DNA of 64,000 nucleotides from a virus: positions 74,027 through 138,026 of the IMG/VR virus record IMGVR_UViG_3300025012_000027. One strand, written 5' to 3'. Both the position numbers and the translations under genes were made by a program. Positions 8,931 to 18,398 of this stretch are shown piece by piece (position 1 is the stretch's first letter; every line of letters begins with the position of its first letter). A model generated the notes under the pieces. That model had not been told where the DNA came from, did no database searches, and saw only the letters and a program-made list of their open reading frames with translations.

Positions 8931-10706
8931 AGGGACCACATAATGTTGCGACCGGGCATGTATGCGGGATCGGTAGTTGAAGAGCCCATCTCAGGTATCA
9001 TTGATTACAAATATCAATCGAAGAAGATTGTCCCAGCACTTATCAAGTGCATCGAAGAGATTCTGCAGAATTCTATTGACGAGCATATTCGCACTGATGG
9101 AAAGTTTGCTACTGAAATATCGTTGACGATCGACCAAACGATCAATGGAACAGAAATTACAATCGCGGATAACGGCCGCGGAATTCCTGTTGAAAAGATC
9201 GGCGATTCTTATCGACCAGTATTAGCATGGACTGAGTTGAGAGCAGGGTCTAACTTCGATGACTCTGCTGGTCGAGTGACCGCTGGCACAAACGGAATGG
9301 GGGCAGCTATCACCAACGTTCTTTCAAAACAGTTCATCGGAACAAGTTGCGACGGGAAGAAACGTATCGTAGTATCGTCATATGACAATATGTCTACTGT
9401 CGACTTTGAGATATCAAAGACCAACGCTAAAGGTGTTACTGTACAGTTTATCCCCGATCTAGAACGATTTGGTTTGAGTGGGTTTACGTTAGACCACGAA
9501 GACGTCATCAATGACCGAATTCGTAATCTAGCTATCCAGTATCCTAAGATAACGTTCAGCGTCAACCGTGAGAAGATCAAGTTTAAAAACATCAAACAAG
9601 TCGCAAAACTGTTTCATGAAGATGCTATATCGGTCGAAGATGGGTTGGCTGCTATCGTTATTGCTCCTTCGGGTGACGACGAAGAGTTTCGTTGTTTGAG
9701 TTACGTTAACGGCATATACATCAAGAACGGCGGGGCGCACATCGATTTTGTGGTCGATCGTATCATTGTAATTCTTCGAGAGTATGTGAAGAAGAAGCAT
9801 AAGATCGACGTGCTACCGAATCAAATCCGCCAGCACTTGTTGATTGCTAGTTGGATCAATGGATTCCCGAATTTGAAGTTTGACTCACAGACAAAGGAAC
9901 GCATTACTAACTCGCAGTCAGAAGTGAATGTGGTATTGGGCAGTATCGACTTCGATCGAGTGGCAAAACAGATTCTAGGAACTCCGAGTATAATTGATCC
10001 AATGATCGCTGCTATTCTTTTCAAGAAAGAAATGGCTGAAAAATTAGCCCTGGCAAAGAAGCAGAAATCTGCGGCAAAACTTAGAGTCGTCAATCACATC
10101 GTAGCAACAGACCCCAATCCAGAAAACAAGATGTTGTTGCTGTGCGAGGGATTGTCTGCAATTGGATCATTGATCTCAGTACGAAATCCTAAGACTGTTG
10201 GCGGATATCCTCTGCGAGGTAAGCCACTCAACATTTGTGGGATGAAACCAGTAGACATCGTTAAGAACAAGGAGATGTTTGAGTTAATGAACATCATTGG
10301 TCTTGAGTTTGGTAAACCAAACCCAGAGTTGAACTATGGTAAGATTGCTGTGTTCAGCGACTTAGACATTGACGGTGCGCACATATTTGGCTTGTTGTTG
10401 AACTTTTTCAGTCTTTGGCCATCATTGTTTGCTGAGCGAAGAATATTTCGTATGCTGGCTCCTTTGTACCATTGTACTAAAGGAAAAGATGTTAAAATCT
10501 TTTACACAAAAGAAGAGTTTGATAAAGCAAATCTTAAGGGATATGCTGTAGACTACTTCAAGGGATTGGGTAGCATGCCCGAAGATGTGTATCGCGAGTG
10601 TGTAAACAATCCTAGATTGATTGAAGTATGTGCGGACGATCTGAATAAACTCGACATGGCATTTGGCGATAGTGCTGATGCTCGTAAACAATGGCTAATG
10701 GCTTGA
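8901..10706 (+). CDS. DNA topoisomerase II large subunit (GyrB-like ATPase + TOPRIM; T4 gp39/gp60-like)
   Basis: GHKL ATPase region, TOPRIM block EGLSAIGSL..GGYPLRGKPLN, DLDIDGAHI. Confidence 0.85.
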   Translation: MADEFKVLSDRDHIMLRPGMYAGSVVEEPISGIIDYKYQSKKIVPALIKCIEEILQNSIDEHIRTDGKFATEISLTIDQTINGTEITIADNGRGIPVEKIGDSYRPVLAWTELRAGSNFDDSAGRVTAGTNGMGAAITNVLSKQFIGTSCDGKKRIVVSSYDNMSTVDFEISKTNAKGVTVQFIPDLERFGLSGFTLDHEDVINDRIRNLAIQYPKITFSVNREKIKFKNIKQVAKLFHEDAISVEDGLAAIVIAPSGDDEEFRCLSYVNGIYIKNGGAHIDFVVDRIIVILREYVKKKHKIDVLPNQIRQHLLIASWINGFPNLKFDSQTKERITNSQSEVNVVLGSIDFDRVAKQILGTPSIIDPMIAAILFKKEMAEKLALAKKQKSAAKLRVVNHIVATDPNPENKMLLLCEGLSAIGSLISVRNPKTVGGYPLRGKPLNICGMKPVDIVKNKEMFELMNIIGLEFGKPNPELNYGKIAVFSDLDIDGAHIFGLLLNFFSLWPSLFAERRIFRMLAPLYHCTKGKDVKIFYTKEEFDKANLKGYAVDYFKGLGSMPEDVYRECVNNPRLIEVCADDLNKLDMAFGDSADARKQWLMA

Positions 10707-10709
10707 TAC

Positions 10710-12026
10710 ATGAAAATTGAACAACGAACACTAACTGATATCATTGACACCGAGTTTCGTGCATTCTCGATGTACACGATCGAGAATCGAGCAATTCCAT
10801 CTGCAATTGATGGATTGAAGCCTGTTATGCGCAAATTGCTGTATGCAATGATCGTGGAACATAAGGGAAAAAAGGTTAAGCTCTCTGATTTGGGCGGGAT
10901 CTCGAAGTACTCATACCATCACGGAGAAACATCTGCTATAGGTGCAGCTATTGGATTATCACAGGCGTGGAGCAACAATGCGACACTGTTTGATGGTCAC
11001 GGGAACTTTGGATCGAGACTTGTTCAAGAATCTGCGGCTCCTCGATACATATATGCTTCGTTGTCTGATAACTATAAGAAATACTTCAGGGATACCGAGG
11101 TATCACCTGTGGCGTTCGACAAAGAAAACCCAGAACCAGCATTCTATCTCCCAATCATTCCGTGGGTGTTGGTAAACGGAATCAGTGGTATTGCTGTTGG
11201 ATTCAAAACAGATATCTTACCTAGACAAATATCAGATCTAGTTGCCGCTACAAAAGCATGTGTAAAAAATCCCGATGAATTTTTGAAAGCGGATGCTCCT
11301 ATTAAGCCATCGTTCCCAGACTTCAAAGGAACGGTCACTCAATTGTCTAGTAATCAGTGGAAAACTTCTGGTATCATTAGTTACGTTGGTAAGAACTATT
11401 TTTCAATCACCGAAGTACCTATTGGTTATGATCGAGCATCTTATGTAGAGTTGTTGAACTCGATGATCGACAAAGATCTGATTCGAGATTATGAAGACTG
11501 CTGCTCCAAAGCAGGTTTTGGATTCAACGTAAAGGTCAGTTTGAATCAGAAGATGGATGCCGAGAAAGATCTTTTGAAGTATTTCAAACTTGAACGAACA
11601 CATACCGAGATTCTAACGACTCTTGGGCATGACGGCAAGTTGAAGATCTTCAATTCAGTTGCAGAGCTAATCTACTACTTCGTTAACTATCGATTGACTA
11701 AGTTCGGTGATAAGATTCTGTACGACAAAACCAAGTTGTCTGAAGAACTTGATATAATTGAGCACAAGATTAAGTTCGTGAAAGATGTGATCGACGATAA
11801 GATCGACTTTAGGCATACTACGAAAAGTGCATTGCTGTCATGGATTAACAGCAATATATCGACATGTGATTGGGCTAAGTCATTCATTAACATTCCATTG
11901 TATGAATGTACCAGCGATCAAGTAGCAGAATTACAACAATCGTTTGACGATAAAACCGAAAAGATGCAGCAGTTGAACCTACAAACTCCTAATGGCATGT
12001 ACCTAGCTGCTCTAAAAGGCGTATAG
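10710..12026 (+). CDS. DNA topoisomerase II medium subunit (GyrA-like; T4 gp52-like)
   Basis: N-terminal RAIPSAIDGLKPVMRKLLYAM and active-site region SKYSYHHGE. Confidence 0.85.
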   Translation: MKIEQRTLTDIIDTEFRAFSMYTIENRAIPSAIDGLKPVMRKLLYAMIVEHKGKKVKLSDLGGISKYSYHHGETSAIGAAIGLSQAWSNNATLFDGHGNFGSRLVQESAAPRYIYASLSDNYKKYFRDTEVSPVAFDKENPEPAFYLPIIPWVLVNGISGIAVGFKTDILPRQISDLVAATKACVKNPDEFLKADAPIKPSFPDFKGTVTQLSSNQWKTSGIISYVGKNYFSITEVPIGYDRASYVELLNSMIDKDLIRDYEDCCSKAGFGFNVKVSLNQKMDAEKDLLKYFKLERTHTEILTTLGHDGKLKIFNSVAELIYYFVNYRLTKFGDKILYDKTKLSEELDIIEHKIKFVKDVIDDKIDFRHTTKSALLSWINSNISTCDWAKSFINIPLYECTSDQVAELQQSFDDKTEKMQQLNLQTPNGMYLAALKGV

Positions 12027-12112
12027 GGCCTAATAGATCGTGCTGTATTCAATTACTTGAGATTGCATATGTGTAGCAGTTGGTTGACTGAAAAAAGACG
12101 CTCAAAGACTTG

Positions 12113-12141
12113 TTGACGTGATCGTAGTTTAGTCATATAAT
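12113..12141 (+). promoter_or_regulatory. consensus sigma70-type promoter TTGACG-17-TATAAT
   Basis: TTGACG at 12113-12118, 17-nt spacer, TATAAT at 12136-12141, 6 nt before the small ORF start. Confidence 0.6.
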
Positions 12142-12147
12142 ACACAT

Positions 12148-12291
12148 ATGAAACTAATAATCGCACTTCTCGAAATCATTGGTAGAGTACTCGGTGCTAT
12201 CATAGGCACTGTGTTTATTTGGTTGATTGTCGATCAGTTCAGACTCGGTAAAAAAGTTACAGACCTGTTTAACCCAAAGGATTATGAATGA
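12148..12291 (+). CDS. small hydrophobic protein (47 aa)
   Basis: MKLIIALLEIIGRVLGAIIGTVFIWLIV...; below ORF-track cutoff; preceded by consensus promoter; ATGA overlap with next gene. Confidence 0.45.
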   Translation: MKLIIALLEIIGRVLGAIIGTVFIWLIVDQFRLGKKVTDLFNPKDYE

Positions 12292-12704
12292 CATTCATTG
12301 TTACTGTGCAAGAGACTCCCGACGGCGAGCTGTTCATAGAACTCCCGCCAGAGATCGTAACATCTCTCAAACTCAAGGTCGGCGACACTATGTACTGGGC
12401 AGTCGGTGATCGAGAAGCGACGCTGTCTAAATCTCCCACAAGTCTTGTTAAGATTGAAACGGCATCGACGTTTAAGATGACCTATCTGGTTGAGGTCCCG
12501 TTGGGACATACGATCGAGTCTATTACAGAGTTACCTGAACCAACCGAACTTAACCAAGAACATTCGGGTGAATTCATTGTGTCTCAAGAACCAATTAGTC
12601 GAAAAGAATGTGATGCACTATTGCACGCCTATTGTCCTGGAGTTGGTGCGGGGGTGAGATTTAATGCATTCATCAACCGAATCGTTGATACGAAAGATGA
12701 ATAG
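12288..12704 (+). CDS. hypothetical protein
   Basis: ORF track. Confidence 0.55.
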   Translation: MTFIVTVQETPDGELFIELPPEIVTSLKLKVGDTMYWAVGDREATLSKSPTSLVKIETASTFKMTYLVEVPLGHTIESITELPEPTELNQEHSGEFIVSQEPISRKECDALLHAYCPGVGAGVRFNAFINRIVDTKDE

Positions 12705-12789
12705 AATATACGCTGATATTATCATGTATGTGGTTTGTGTGATACTAGGTATTGTGCTAGTAGCGATACAGGTTTTATAAAGGATTGAT

Positions 12790-13125
12790 ATGGAATTTAT
12801 GTCATGTGATACGTATTGGGTAAAAATTTACATCGCTGGGCCAATTGAAGTTGCAAAGCAAATTATCAGACTTCATACAGCGTCTGTCGGCCTGTGTGTG
12901 ACGATCGACCCAACTACCTACATCTATACCGGTGGTGAAGAAGCTGGGTATGTCGTTGGGTTGATCAACTATCCTCGCTTCCCAAGCACACCAGACGAAC
13001 TAGATGTGAAAGCTGCGGTTCTAGCAAGTGCGTTGCGCGCAGGGACCGGTCAGTCGTCTTATACGATAATGACACCGACGACAACAAAATTCTTTTCATA
13101 TCGAGCTGAGATGGGATCAGAATAG
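12790..13125 (+). CDS. hypothetical protein
   Basis: ORF track. Confidence 0.5.
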   Translation: MEFMSCDTYWVKIYIAGPIEVAKQIIRLHTASVGLCVTIDPTTYIYTGGEEAGYVVGLINYPRFPSTPDELDVKAAVLASALRAGTGQSSYTIMTPTTTKFFSYRAEMGSE

Positions 13126-13156
13126 TGTTATAATGTAGGCTTACTAGGAGTATATT

Positions 13157-13450
13157 ATGCGCGGAGATTATAGCCCAACAGTTACGGCAGCTTATGTAAA
13201 AGACCAAAACTGGTTTAGGAAATATGCTAATCTTGCTCCTCATGGTGATGTAGTGTATAGTCCATATGATCCAGATGGTTTCGATTCTTATGGATACGAC
13301 AAGGATGATATTGATCGGGCAGGATATACTGCGGATGCATATTACCATAATGATGCGGACTGGGACAGTGATGAAAACTACAATAATACGTATGACGCGA
13401 TTCTTGGATCTTGGACATTTGACGGGATCAAACCAGTCCAAATTAAATGA
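13157..13450 (+). CDS. hypothetical acidic Asp/Tyr-rich protein
   Basis: ORF track; promoter at 13126 and RBS AGGAG. Confidence 0.55.
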   Translation: MRGDYSPTVTAAYVKDQNWFRKYANLAPHGDVVYSPYDPDGFDSYGYDKDDIDRAGYTADAYYHNDADWDSDENYNNTYDAILGSWTFDGIKPVQIK

Positions 13451-13462
13451 GGGGATGCGAGT

Positions 13463-13705
13463 ATGATGGAATTTTTAATATTAGCCTGGTTATTCTGTGT
13501 AGCTGTCATCGGTTACTTCTTTATACGAAACAAAAATGTGTTCGCTGTTCGAATCGAATTTATAGAAATGGATAGCTCTTGTAGCATGTATGATAAGTTG
13601 CCGGGGTATGAATCCATGCTTTATGGTTGGAGATATCAATGTTTGTGGACTACTGACCAATGGATCGATTGGTGCAATCATAGATTCTCAGAAATCACTG
13701 ACTAA
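13463..13705 (+). CDS. small membrane protein
   Basis: N-terminal TM helix. Confidence 0.5.
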   Translation: MMEFLILAWLFCVAVIGYFFIRNKNVFAVRIEFIEMDSSCSMYDKLPGYESMLYGWRYQCLWTTDQWIDWCNHRFSEITD

Positions 13706-13786
13706 ATAATTTTGTAGTGGGTGCTACAACTAACCCTCTTTTAAAAGTTTATGGTCTTAGAGGGTGACCAGTAGAAAGGAAACATC

Positions 13787-14518
13787 ATGATGTTTAATAA
13801 CAAGCTAGTTGCAAGTCTAAAAGCTAACGGTAAAATTCTCCGCGAATTCAAAGATACCGTTTACATCCCATTTGGTTCGGAATACTCATTCCTCATTAAG
13901 AACCTCAATATCTCCCGTGCGGTTGTTAATATCTTCATCGACGGGGATGATGTCGTTGAAGGAGGACTCGTTCTCAATGCTGGGCAATCCGTAGACCTTG
14001 AACGATATGTTCGAGCAAACAATCTAACCTCGGGTAATAAGTTCAAGTTCATTGAGCGAACCTCTAAGATCGAGGATCATCGAGGTGTCAAGTTAGAAGA
14101 TGGTTTGATTAGGATCGAGTTCCAATTCGAGGCACCTCTGTATCAATATACTGCCTTGCGCGGTGGGTCGCTCCCATTTAGGAATGAGACATATTCGTTA
14201 TTGGGTAGCGCAGTCGCACAAAACTGTAGTCAGTCTCAAATATCAGCGTCGGCTTCTGCGGCCGTTCCGGTAAATGATATTGGCATCACTGTTCCGGGTA
14301 GCAAAAGCGATCAGGCGTTCACATCAACATATCTTGGCCAACTTGATCCAGAAAAGCATTCTATTGTGTTTCGTTTGCTGGGTGAAACCGAAGATAACAA
14401 AGTTGTTACGCGACCAGTGACGGTAAACACGAAACCTAGATGTGTTACGTGCGATACACGCAATAACTCGACGGCTAAATTTTGTTCCAACTGTGGAACG
14501 TCATTAGTGTTGTTTTAA
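13787..14518 (+). CDS. hypothetical protein with C-terminal double zinc ribbon
   Basis: CVTCDTRNNSTAKFCSNCGTS; strong RBS GAAAGGAAA. Confidence 0.55.
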   Translation: MMFNNKLVASLKANGKILREFKDTVYIPFGSEYSFLIKNLNISRAVVNIFIDGDDVVEGGLVLNAGQSVDLERYVRANNLTSGNKFKFIERTSKIEDHRGVKLEDGLIRIEFQFEAPLYQYTALRGGSLPFRNETYSLLGSAVAQNCSQSQISASASAAVPVNDIGITVPGSKSDQAFTSTYLGQLDPEKHSIVFRLLGETEDNKVVTRPVTVNTKPRCVTCDTRNNSTAKFCSNCGTSLVLF

Positions 14519-14527
14519 TGTAACAAT

Positions 14528-14545
14528 GCCCGTGGATCCACGGGC
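14528..14545. terminator. perfect 18-nt palindrome GCCCGTGGATCCACGGGC (hairpin)
   Basis: 7-bp GC-rich stem, GATC loop, 10 nt after stop of 13787..14518. Confidence 0.4.
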
Positions 14546-14591
14546 TCCGCTCAATATTATGTTATAATACCAGTATCAAAAAGGAATCTAT

Positions 14592-14972
14592 ATGATGAAA
14601 CGTTTAATGCTAGCTGCTATTGTGGCAGGATCGTTAGTTGGATGCTCTGATGCAGATGTAGCATCTGCTAACTTGTCTAAAGCAGCTGATCAGTTTGAAG
14701 TTACTCGCCGAGTAGTATTCTATAATGGAATTACTGGTGAATACATGCTTACGATTGAGGGACTATGCTCTTTAGGTAATGCGGACCCGGCTCGATCGCT
14801 GTCAATCACATGTAAAACTGGTCCGGACGCATACAAGAAACATTTTCTGGGATTGTCTGATAATGTGACATACTTTGTTGAGCAGCTTGATGCTAGCAAG
14901 GTTAATGTGTTCCATTATCGGGTTGTATTCAAACCAGCAGCTATCGTTCCAAATATTGATGTTGTGAACTGA
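14592..14972 (+). CDS. putative lipoprotein
   Basis: Signal peptide with lipobox LVGC. Confidence 0.6.
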   Translation: MMKRLMLAAIVAGSLVGCSDADVASANLSKAADQFEVTRRVVFYNGITGEYMLTIEGLCSLGNADPARSLSITCKTGPDAYKKHFLGLSDNVTYFVEQLDASKVNVFHYRVVFKPAAIVPNIDVVN

Positions 14973-14979
14973 TGTTACT

Positions 14980-15237
14980 ATGATTGCCGAAGCTCGAACC
15001 ACTCTGATAGCGAAATCCCCCGGTAGGTATGCGCAAATTTTTGAGATCGGCGAAGAGGACAACGAAAATCTAGTCACTGGATATAAGATTGAGGTCGATC
15101 TTATCAGACGCGAATATACATCGTTCATTCAAAAGGGTGATGATGTATGGATAGTTCATAGCGTAAATCGTCCTATTGCTAATATGCTATCATTCTGGTC
15201 TGAAATAGCGTATGGACAGCTAATACCTGTAGTATAA
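14980..15237 (+). CDS. hypothetical protein
   Basis: ORF track. Confidence 0.5.
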   Translation: MIAEARTTLIAKSPGRYAQIFEIGEEDNENLVTGYKIEVDLIRREYTSFIQKGDDVWIVHSVNRPIANMLSFWSEIAYGQLIPVV

Positions 15238-15257
15238 TATCACATTAAAGGAATAAT

Positions 15258-15680
15258 ATGAATGTTGAGTTTGAATTAGGTAAGCTCATTGCTGCTATGA
15301 CAACATCATATGCTACCAAGATCGAAGAACTGACGGCTGCTCACGCAGAAGCTGTGTATCGTTTGAAGATCTTGCTCAACGCATCATTGGTTATGCCTAC
15401 TGGTGATAGGGGTGAGTTGGTGGCGCGATTGCGAGTGGGTGTTACTCATGACACCCGAGATGATTTAGAAGCATCTAGTTGCTATAACTTAGAGACGGCG
15501 GCAGATGATGCAGCTGACATGCTGGAGGCTGACGGCAAACTCCTAGCAGTCGCAAAACTTGCTCTGGATGCACTAGAATCGATACCTGAAGATTTGGAAG
15601 GATACTTGCCCGAATCATGTACGGATGCTGTGATTGCACTCCATTCTGTCATTGATAAAGTCGGGGAGAATGTGAAATGA
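15258..15680 (+). CDS. hypothetical acidic protein
   Basis: ORF track; RBS AAGGAA. Confidence 0.55.
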   Translation: MNVEFELGKLIAAMTTSYATKIEELTAAHAEAVYRLKILLNASLVMPTGDRGELVARLRVGVTHDTRDDLEASSCYNLETAADDAADMLEADGKLLAVAKLALDALESIPEDLEGYLPESCTDAVIALHSVIDKVGENVK

Positions 15681-15877
15681 GTTATGCGTGCAAAGATCGA
15701 TCGCCGTTCAAGGAACACCTTCAAGTGCAGGATGGTTATTTCATGGATGGAGTGACTCGCATTCAGAAAATGATTTCTATTCCGTTTCGTATGGCGCTGG
15801 AATGTGTCTATCAAGCAGATGATCGATACAATGATCCGCAGTGTCGGGGATGCAAACACAAAGTGGATCATAAATGA
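15677..15877 (+). CDS. hypothetical Cys-containing small protein
   Basis: ORF track; ATGA coupling. Confidence 0.45.
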   Translation: MSYACKDRSPFKEHLQVQDGYFMDGVTRIQKMISIPFRMALECVYQADDRYNDPQCRGCKHKVDHK

Positions 15878-16137
15878 CTGAATTTTCAAAAGCACTGCGC
15901 AAAGCACGGCCATTGATTGAGTCTGGTGAAGCGCGATTTATGTGTCACGCATTAGGAATTACGGGAGGCGGCAATTTCGCCAGTCGGATTTCGAGGCATC
16001 TCAAAAAATGCTTAACTTACGAAATTTGGCTTGATAAACACCACCGCGAGGTGTTCCTCAAGATGACCAAAAACGACTTCCGTGATGGCCGCCTGCAATG
16101 GATCGACCACATGATCAAGATGGAGGAATCGAAATGA
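15874..16137 (+). CDS. small protein, paralog family (RLQWIDHMI C-terminus), copy 1
   Basis: Paralogous to 25684..25965 and 25972..26253 (ALRKARPLIESGEA...GRLQWIDHMI). Confidence 0.6.
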   Translation: MTEFSKALRKARPLIESGEARFMCHALGITGGGNFASRISRHLKKCLTYEIWLDKHHREVFLKMTKNDFRDGRLQWIDHMIKMEESK

Positions 16138-16379
16138 AAAAAGAAGAAGTGCTTGAGATTGCCAGGATGTCTGATGCGGGGTTTGGCAGCGACATCGAAA
16201 ATTGTGACCCTCTATCAGATTGTCTTATTGGGTATGAGGCAATAGCCGCGTTTGCTGGCGAAGTCGAACGTCGAACGCTTGAACGTGCTATCACACAGAC
16301 CATCGGTAAAGGGTTCGTCTCCGAGTATTACTCCTATGATTTTATCGATGCCATCAGAGCATTAAAGGAATCGAAATGA
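16134..16379 (+). CDS. hypothetical protein
   Basis: ORF track; start moved to ATG in the GGAATCGAAATGA coupling motif. Confidence 0.5.
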   Translation: MKKEEVLEIARMSDAGFGSDIENCDPLSDCLIGYEAIAAFAGEVERRTLERAITQTIGKGFVSEYYSYDFIDAIRALKESK

Positions 16380-16555
16380 AATTCAACTTACGGAAATTCA
16401 ACGATGTTGCTTTTTGTACATTGGAAGAATCCGGGACAATTATTGATTTCGGTGTGCTAGATGTGAATGATGCCAAGAAGCTACTGCGAGAAATCGAAGA
16501 TGCTGCTGATGAACTTAAATGGTATCTTGAAAAACAGAACAAGGAACCGAAATGA
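16376..16555 (+). CDS. hypothetical small protein (59 aa)
   Basis: Not in ORF track (<60 aa); starts and ends in GGAAxCGAAATGA coupling motifs. Confidence 0.4.
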   Translation: MKFNLRKFNDVAFCTLEESGTIIDFGVLDVNDAKKLLREIEDAADELKWYLEKQNKEPK

Positions 16556-17127
16556 ACACAACACTAAAACAAATCCGCGAGAAATCACCATGTATTAGTG
16601 GCTGGGGAAATCTACTCGCCCACCTCGGGAAAACGAAAGCAGATGATGAGCCGCTGAGCATCTTAACGATCCTGGACAGCAATGGATTGAATGATGCCCT
16701 TTGGTGCCTACGCGCGGTGAAAGGCCGCGATAAGGAAATCCGCCTATACGCCGTTTGGTGCGCTCGCCAAGTGCAACACCTGATGACAGACCAGCTTAGC
16801 TTGGATGCACTAGATGTAGCAGAGAGGTTCGCAAAGGGCGAAGCCACAGATGATGAATTGGCTGCTGCGTGGGCTGCTGCGCGGACTGCTGCGTGGACTG
16901 CTGCGGAGGCTGCTGCGCGGACTGCTGCGGAGGCTGCTGCATGGACTGCTGCTGCATGGACTGCTGCGGAGGCTGCTGCATGGACTGCTGCTGCATGGAC
17001 TGCTGCTGCGCGGACTGCTGCGGAGGCTGCTGCATGGACTGCTGCGGAGGCTGCTGCGAAGGTTGCGCAAGAAAAACGACTACGTGAAGTATGTATTGAA
17101 TGCGAAAACAAATGGGAATCAAAATGA
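16552..17127 (+). CDS. Ala-rich tandem-repeat protein ((A)AWTAAEAAA / ARTAAEAAA units)
   Basis: ORF track; contains the 24-bp-unit DNA repeat at 16861-17058. Confidence 0.5.
   Translation: MNTTLKQIREKSPCISGWGNLLAHLGKTKADDEPLSILTILDSNGLNDALWCLRAVKGRDKEIRLYAVWCARQVQHLMTDQLSLDALDVAERFAKGEATDDELAAAWAAARTAAWTAAEAAARTAAEAAAWTAAAWTAAEAAAWTAAAWTAAARTAAEAAAWTAAEAAAKVAQEKRLREVCIECENKWESK
16861..17058 (+). repeat. imperfect tandem repeat, 24-bp units (GCG[C/T]GGACTGCTGCGGAGGCTGCT) plus 15-bp half units
   Basis: Seen directly; about 200 bp; creates spurious ORFs in several frames. Confidence 0.85.
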
Positions 17128-17549
17128 CAGCATTCCCAACCCACTATCGCATTAAAGACGTACTTGACGAATCAGGTGTCCACATCATCATGGAAAAGTG
17201 GCACCCACTGAGCGAGACGCCCGAAGGCTACTGGGTGTTGCTTGACGGTGGACCTAGCTGGCACGGTATTGACAAAAAATACCAGCGTAAATGTGGCGCC
17301 CTGAAGTGGGTGAGCAAGACCTCCGTCAGGCGCTACTGCTACCCCACCATGACCGAGGCGATGGCGTCATTCAAGCGACGCAAGGAAGTGCAGGTGAGCA
17401 AGCTGGCCATCCAACTGGAGCAGGCGCAACTGGCGCTGGCCAAGTTTGATGACTACAAGGACGCAACACCAAACAGTTTCCCTTCGCGCTACGAGGGAAT
17501 TTGCCTTGGCGAGATTGAGGCGGCAGCAAATTTAATTTGGGATTATTGA
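17124..17549 (+). CDS. hypothetical protein
   Basis: ORF track; start at ATGA overlap; high-GC codon usage. Confidence 0.5.
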   Translation: MTAFPTHYRIKDVLDESGVHIIMEKWHPLSETPEGYWVLLDGGPSWHGIDKKYQRKCGALKWVSKTSVRRYCYPTMTEAMASFKRRKEVQVSKLAIQLEQAQLALAKFDDYKDATPNSFPSRYEGICLGEIEAAANLIWDY

Positions 17550-17550
17550 C

Positions 17551-18030
17551 ATGAACACAGAACAGATCATGGCACTGGCGACGGCTTGGCGAACAGCCAG
17601 CTACGCAGACCGAGACACCCACAAAGCAGCCCTACAAGCCGCCATCGAAGCACTGGTGCAGGAGCGGGATGCGCTACAAAAGGAGCAGCCCGCAGGAACC
17701 TCAACAGCACTTGAGTTAGCGAACGATCTTTTAAACAACGTGACCCATATTCGTCAAGCCGATGCAGCAGCAGCGCTGCGCAGACTAGATGCCGAAAATG
17801 GCGCGATGAAATCCAGCATCGAGGCTCTTGAGCAAGCGCGGGACGAATATCGGGAAAAAATGTTTAGTTGGGTACATGCAAATTCCGCAGGAGGGTGGAT
17901 TGATGGTCTGCGCTTGGAGTGCGACAAGCTGGCAGCAGAGAACAAGGTGCTTCGGGATGCGCTCGCTAGGATTAAAGCGAGAGAAAGCAACGACTGGAAT
18001 TCCAGCCCAGACAACCCCGAAAACTACTAA
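17551..18030 (+). CDS. coiled-coil protein with LRRLDAEN / NKVLRDALA motifs
   Basis: ORF track; motif shared with the next gene. Confidence 0.5.
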   Translation: MNTEQIMALATAWRTASYADRDTHKAALQAAIEALVQERDALQKEQPAGTSTALELANDLLNNVTHIRQADAAAALRRLDAENGAMKSSIEALEQARDEYREKMFSWVHANSAGGWIDGLRLECDKLAAENKVLRDALARIKARESNDWNSSPDNPENY

Positions 18031-18044
18031 ACAAGGAAACAATC

Positions 18045-18398
18045 GTGAGTAAAGCACTTGAATTGGCTAGCTGGTTAGAGTCCAACTACAGCCGCAACTC
18101 CACCCCGCTAAGAGCCGCAGACGAGCTTCGCCGCTTGGACGCAGAAAACAAGGCGCTGCGGGATGCGCTACCCGATATGTTCTGGAATCATGACGATGCC
18201 GAAACTTTGTATCACAGCATAGGCGAATTCTTGAATGATGAAATTTGCAATGGATCACTTGAAGTTGGTGATGTTCGCACCATCCAACAAGCAAAACGAC
18301 TGCCAAACGTCACCATACAAATCACTTCCATTGACGAAAATGAGAGTGATGCGGATTGGGTAATTGTTTTGGACACAGACACACGGAAACAATCATGA
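18045..18398 (+). CDS. hypothetical protein (GTG start) sharing the LRRLDAENKALRDAL motif
   Basis: ORF track. Confidence 0.45.
   Translation: MSKALELASWLESNYSRNSTPLRAADELRRLDAENKALRDALPDMFWNHDDAETLYHSIGEFLNDEICNGSLEVGDVRTIQQAKRLPNVTIQITSIDENESDADWVIVLDTDTRKQS

Noticed and set aside
12965-13441. 158-aa minus ORF
   Set aside because: Ile/Val-rich low-complexity translation antisense to a + strand gene that has a promoter and RBS
16515-17144. Minus-strand 209-aa ORF and other-frame ORFs (16796-17122, 16810-17070, 16850-17155, 16869-17087) over the Ala repeat
   Set aside because: All arise from the 24-bp tandem repeat reading open in multiple frames; the + strand frame with RBS/start coupling (16552-17127) is the coherent one
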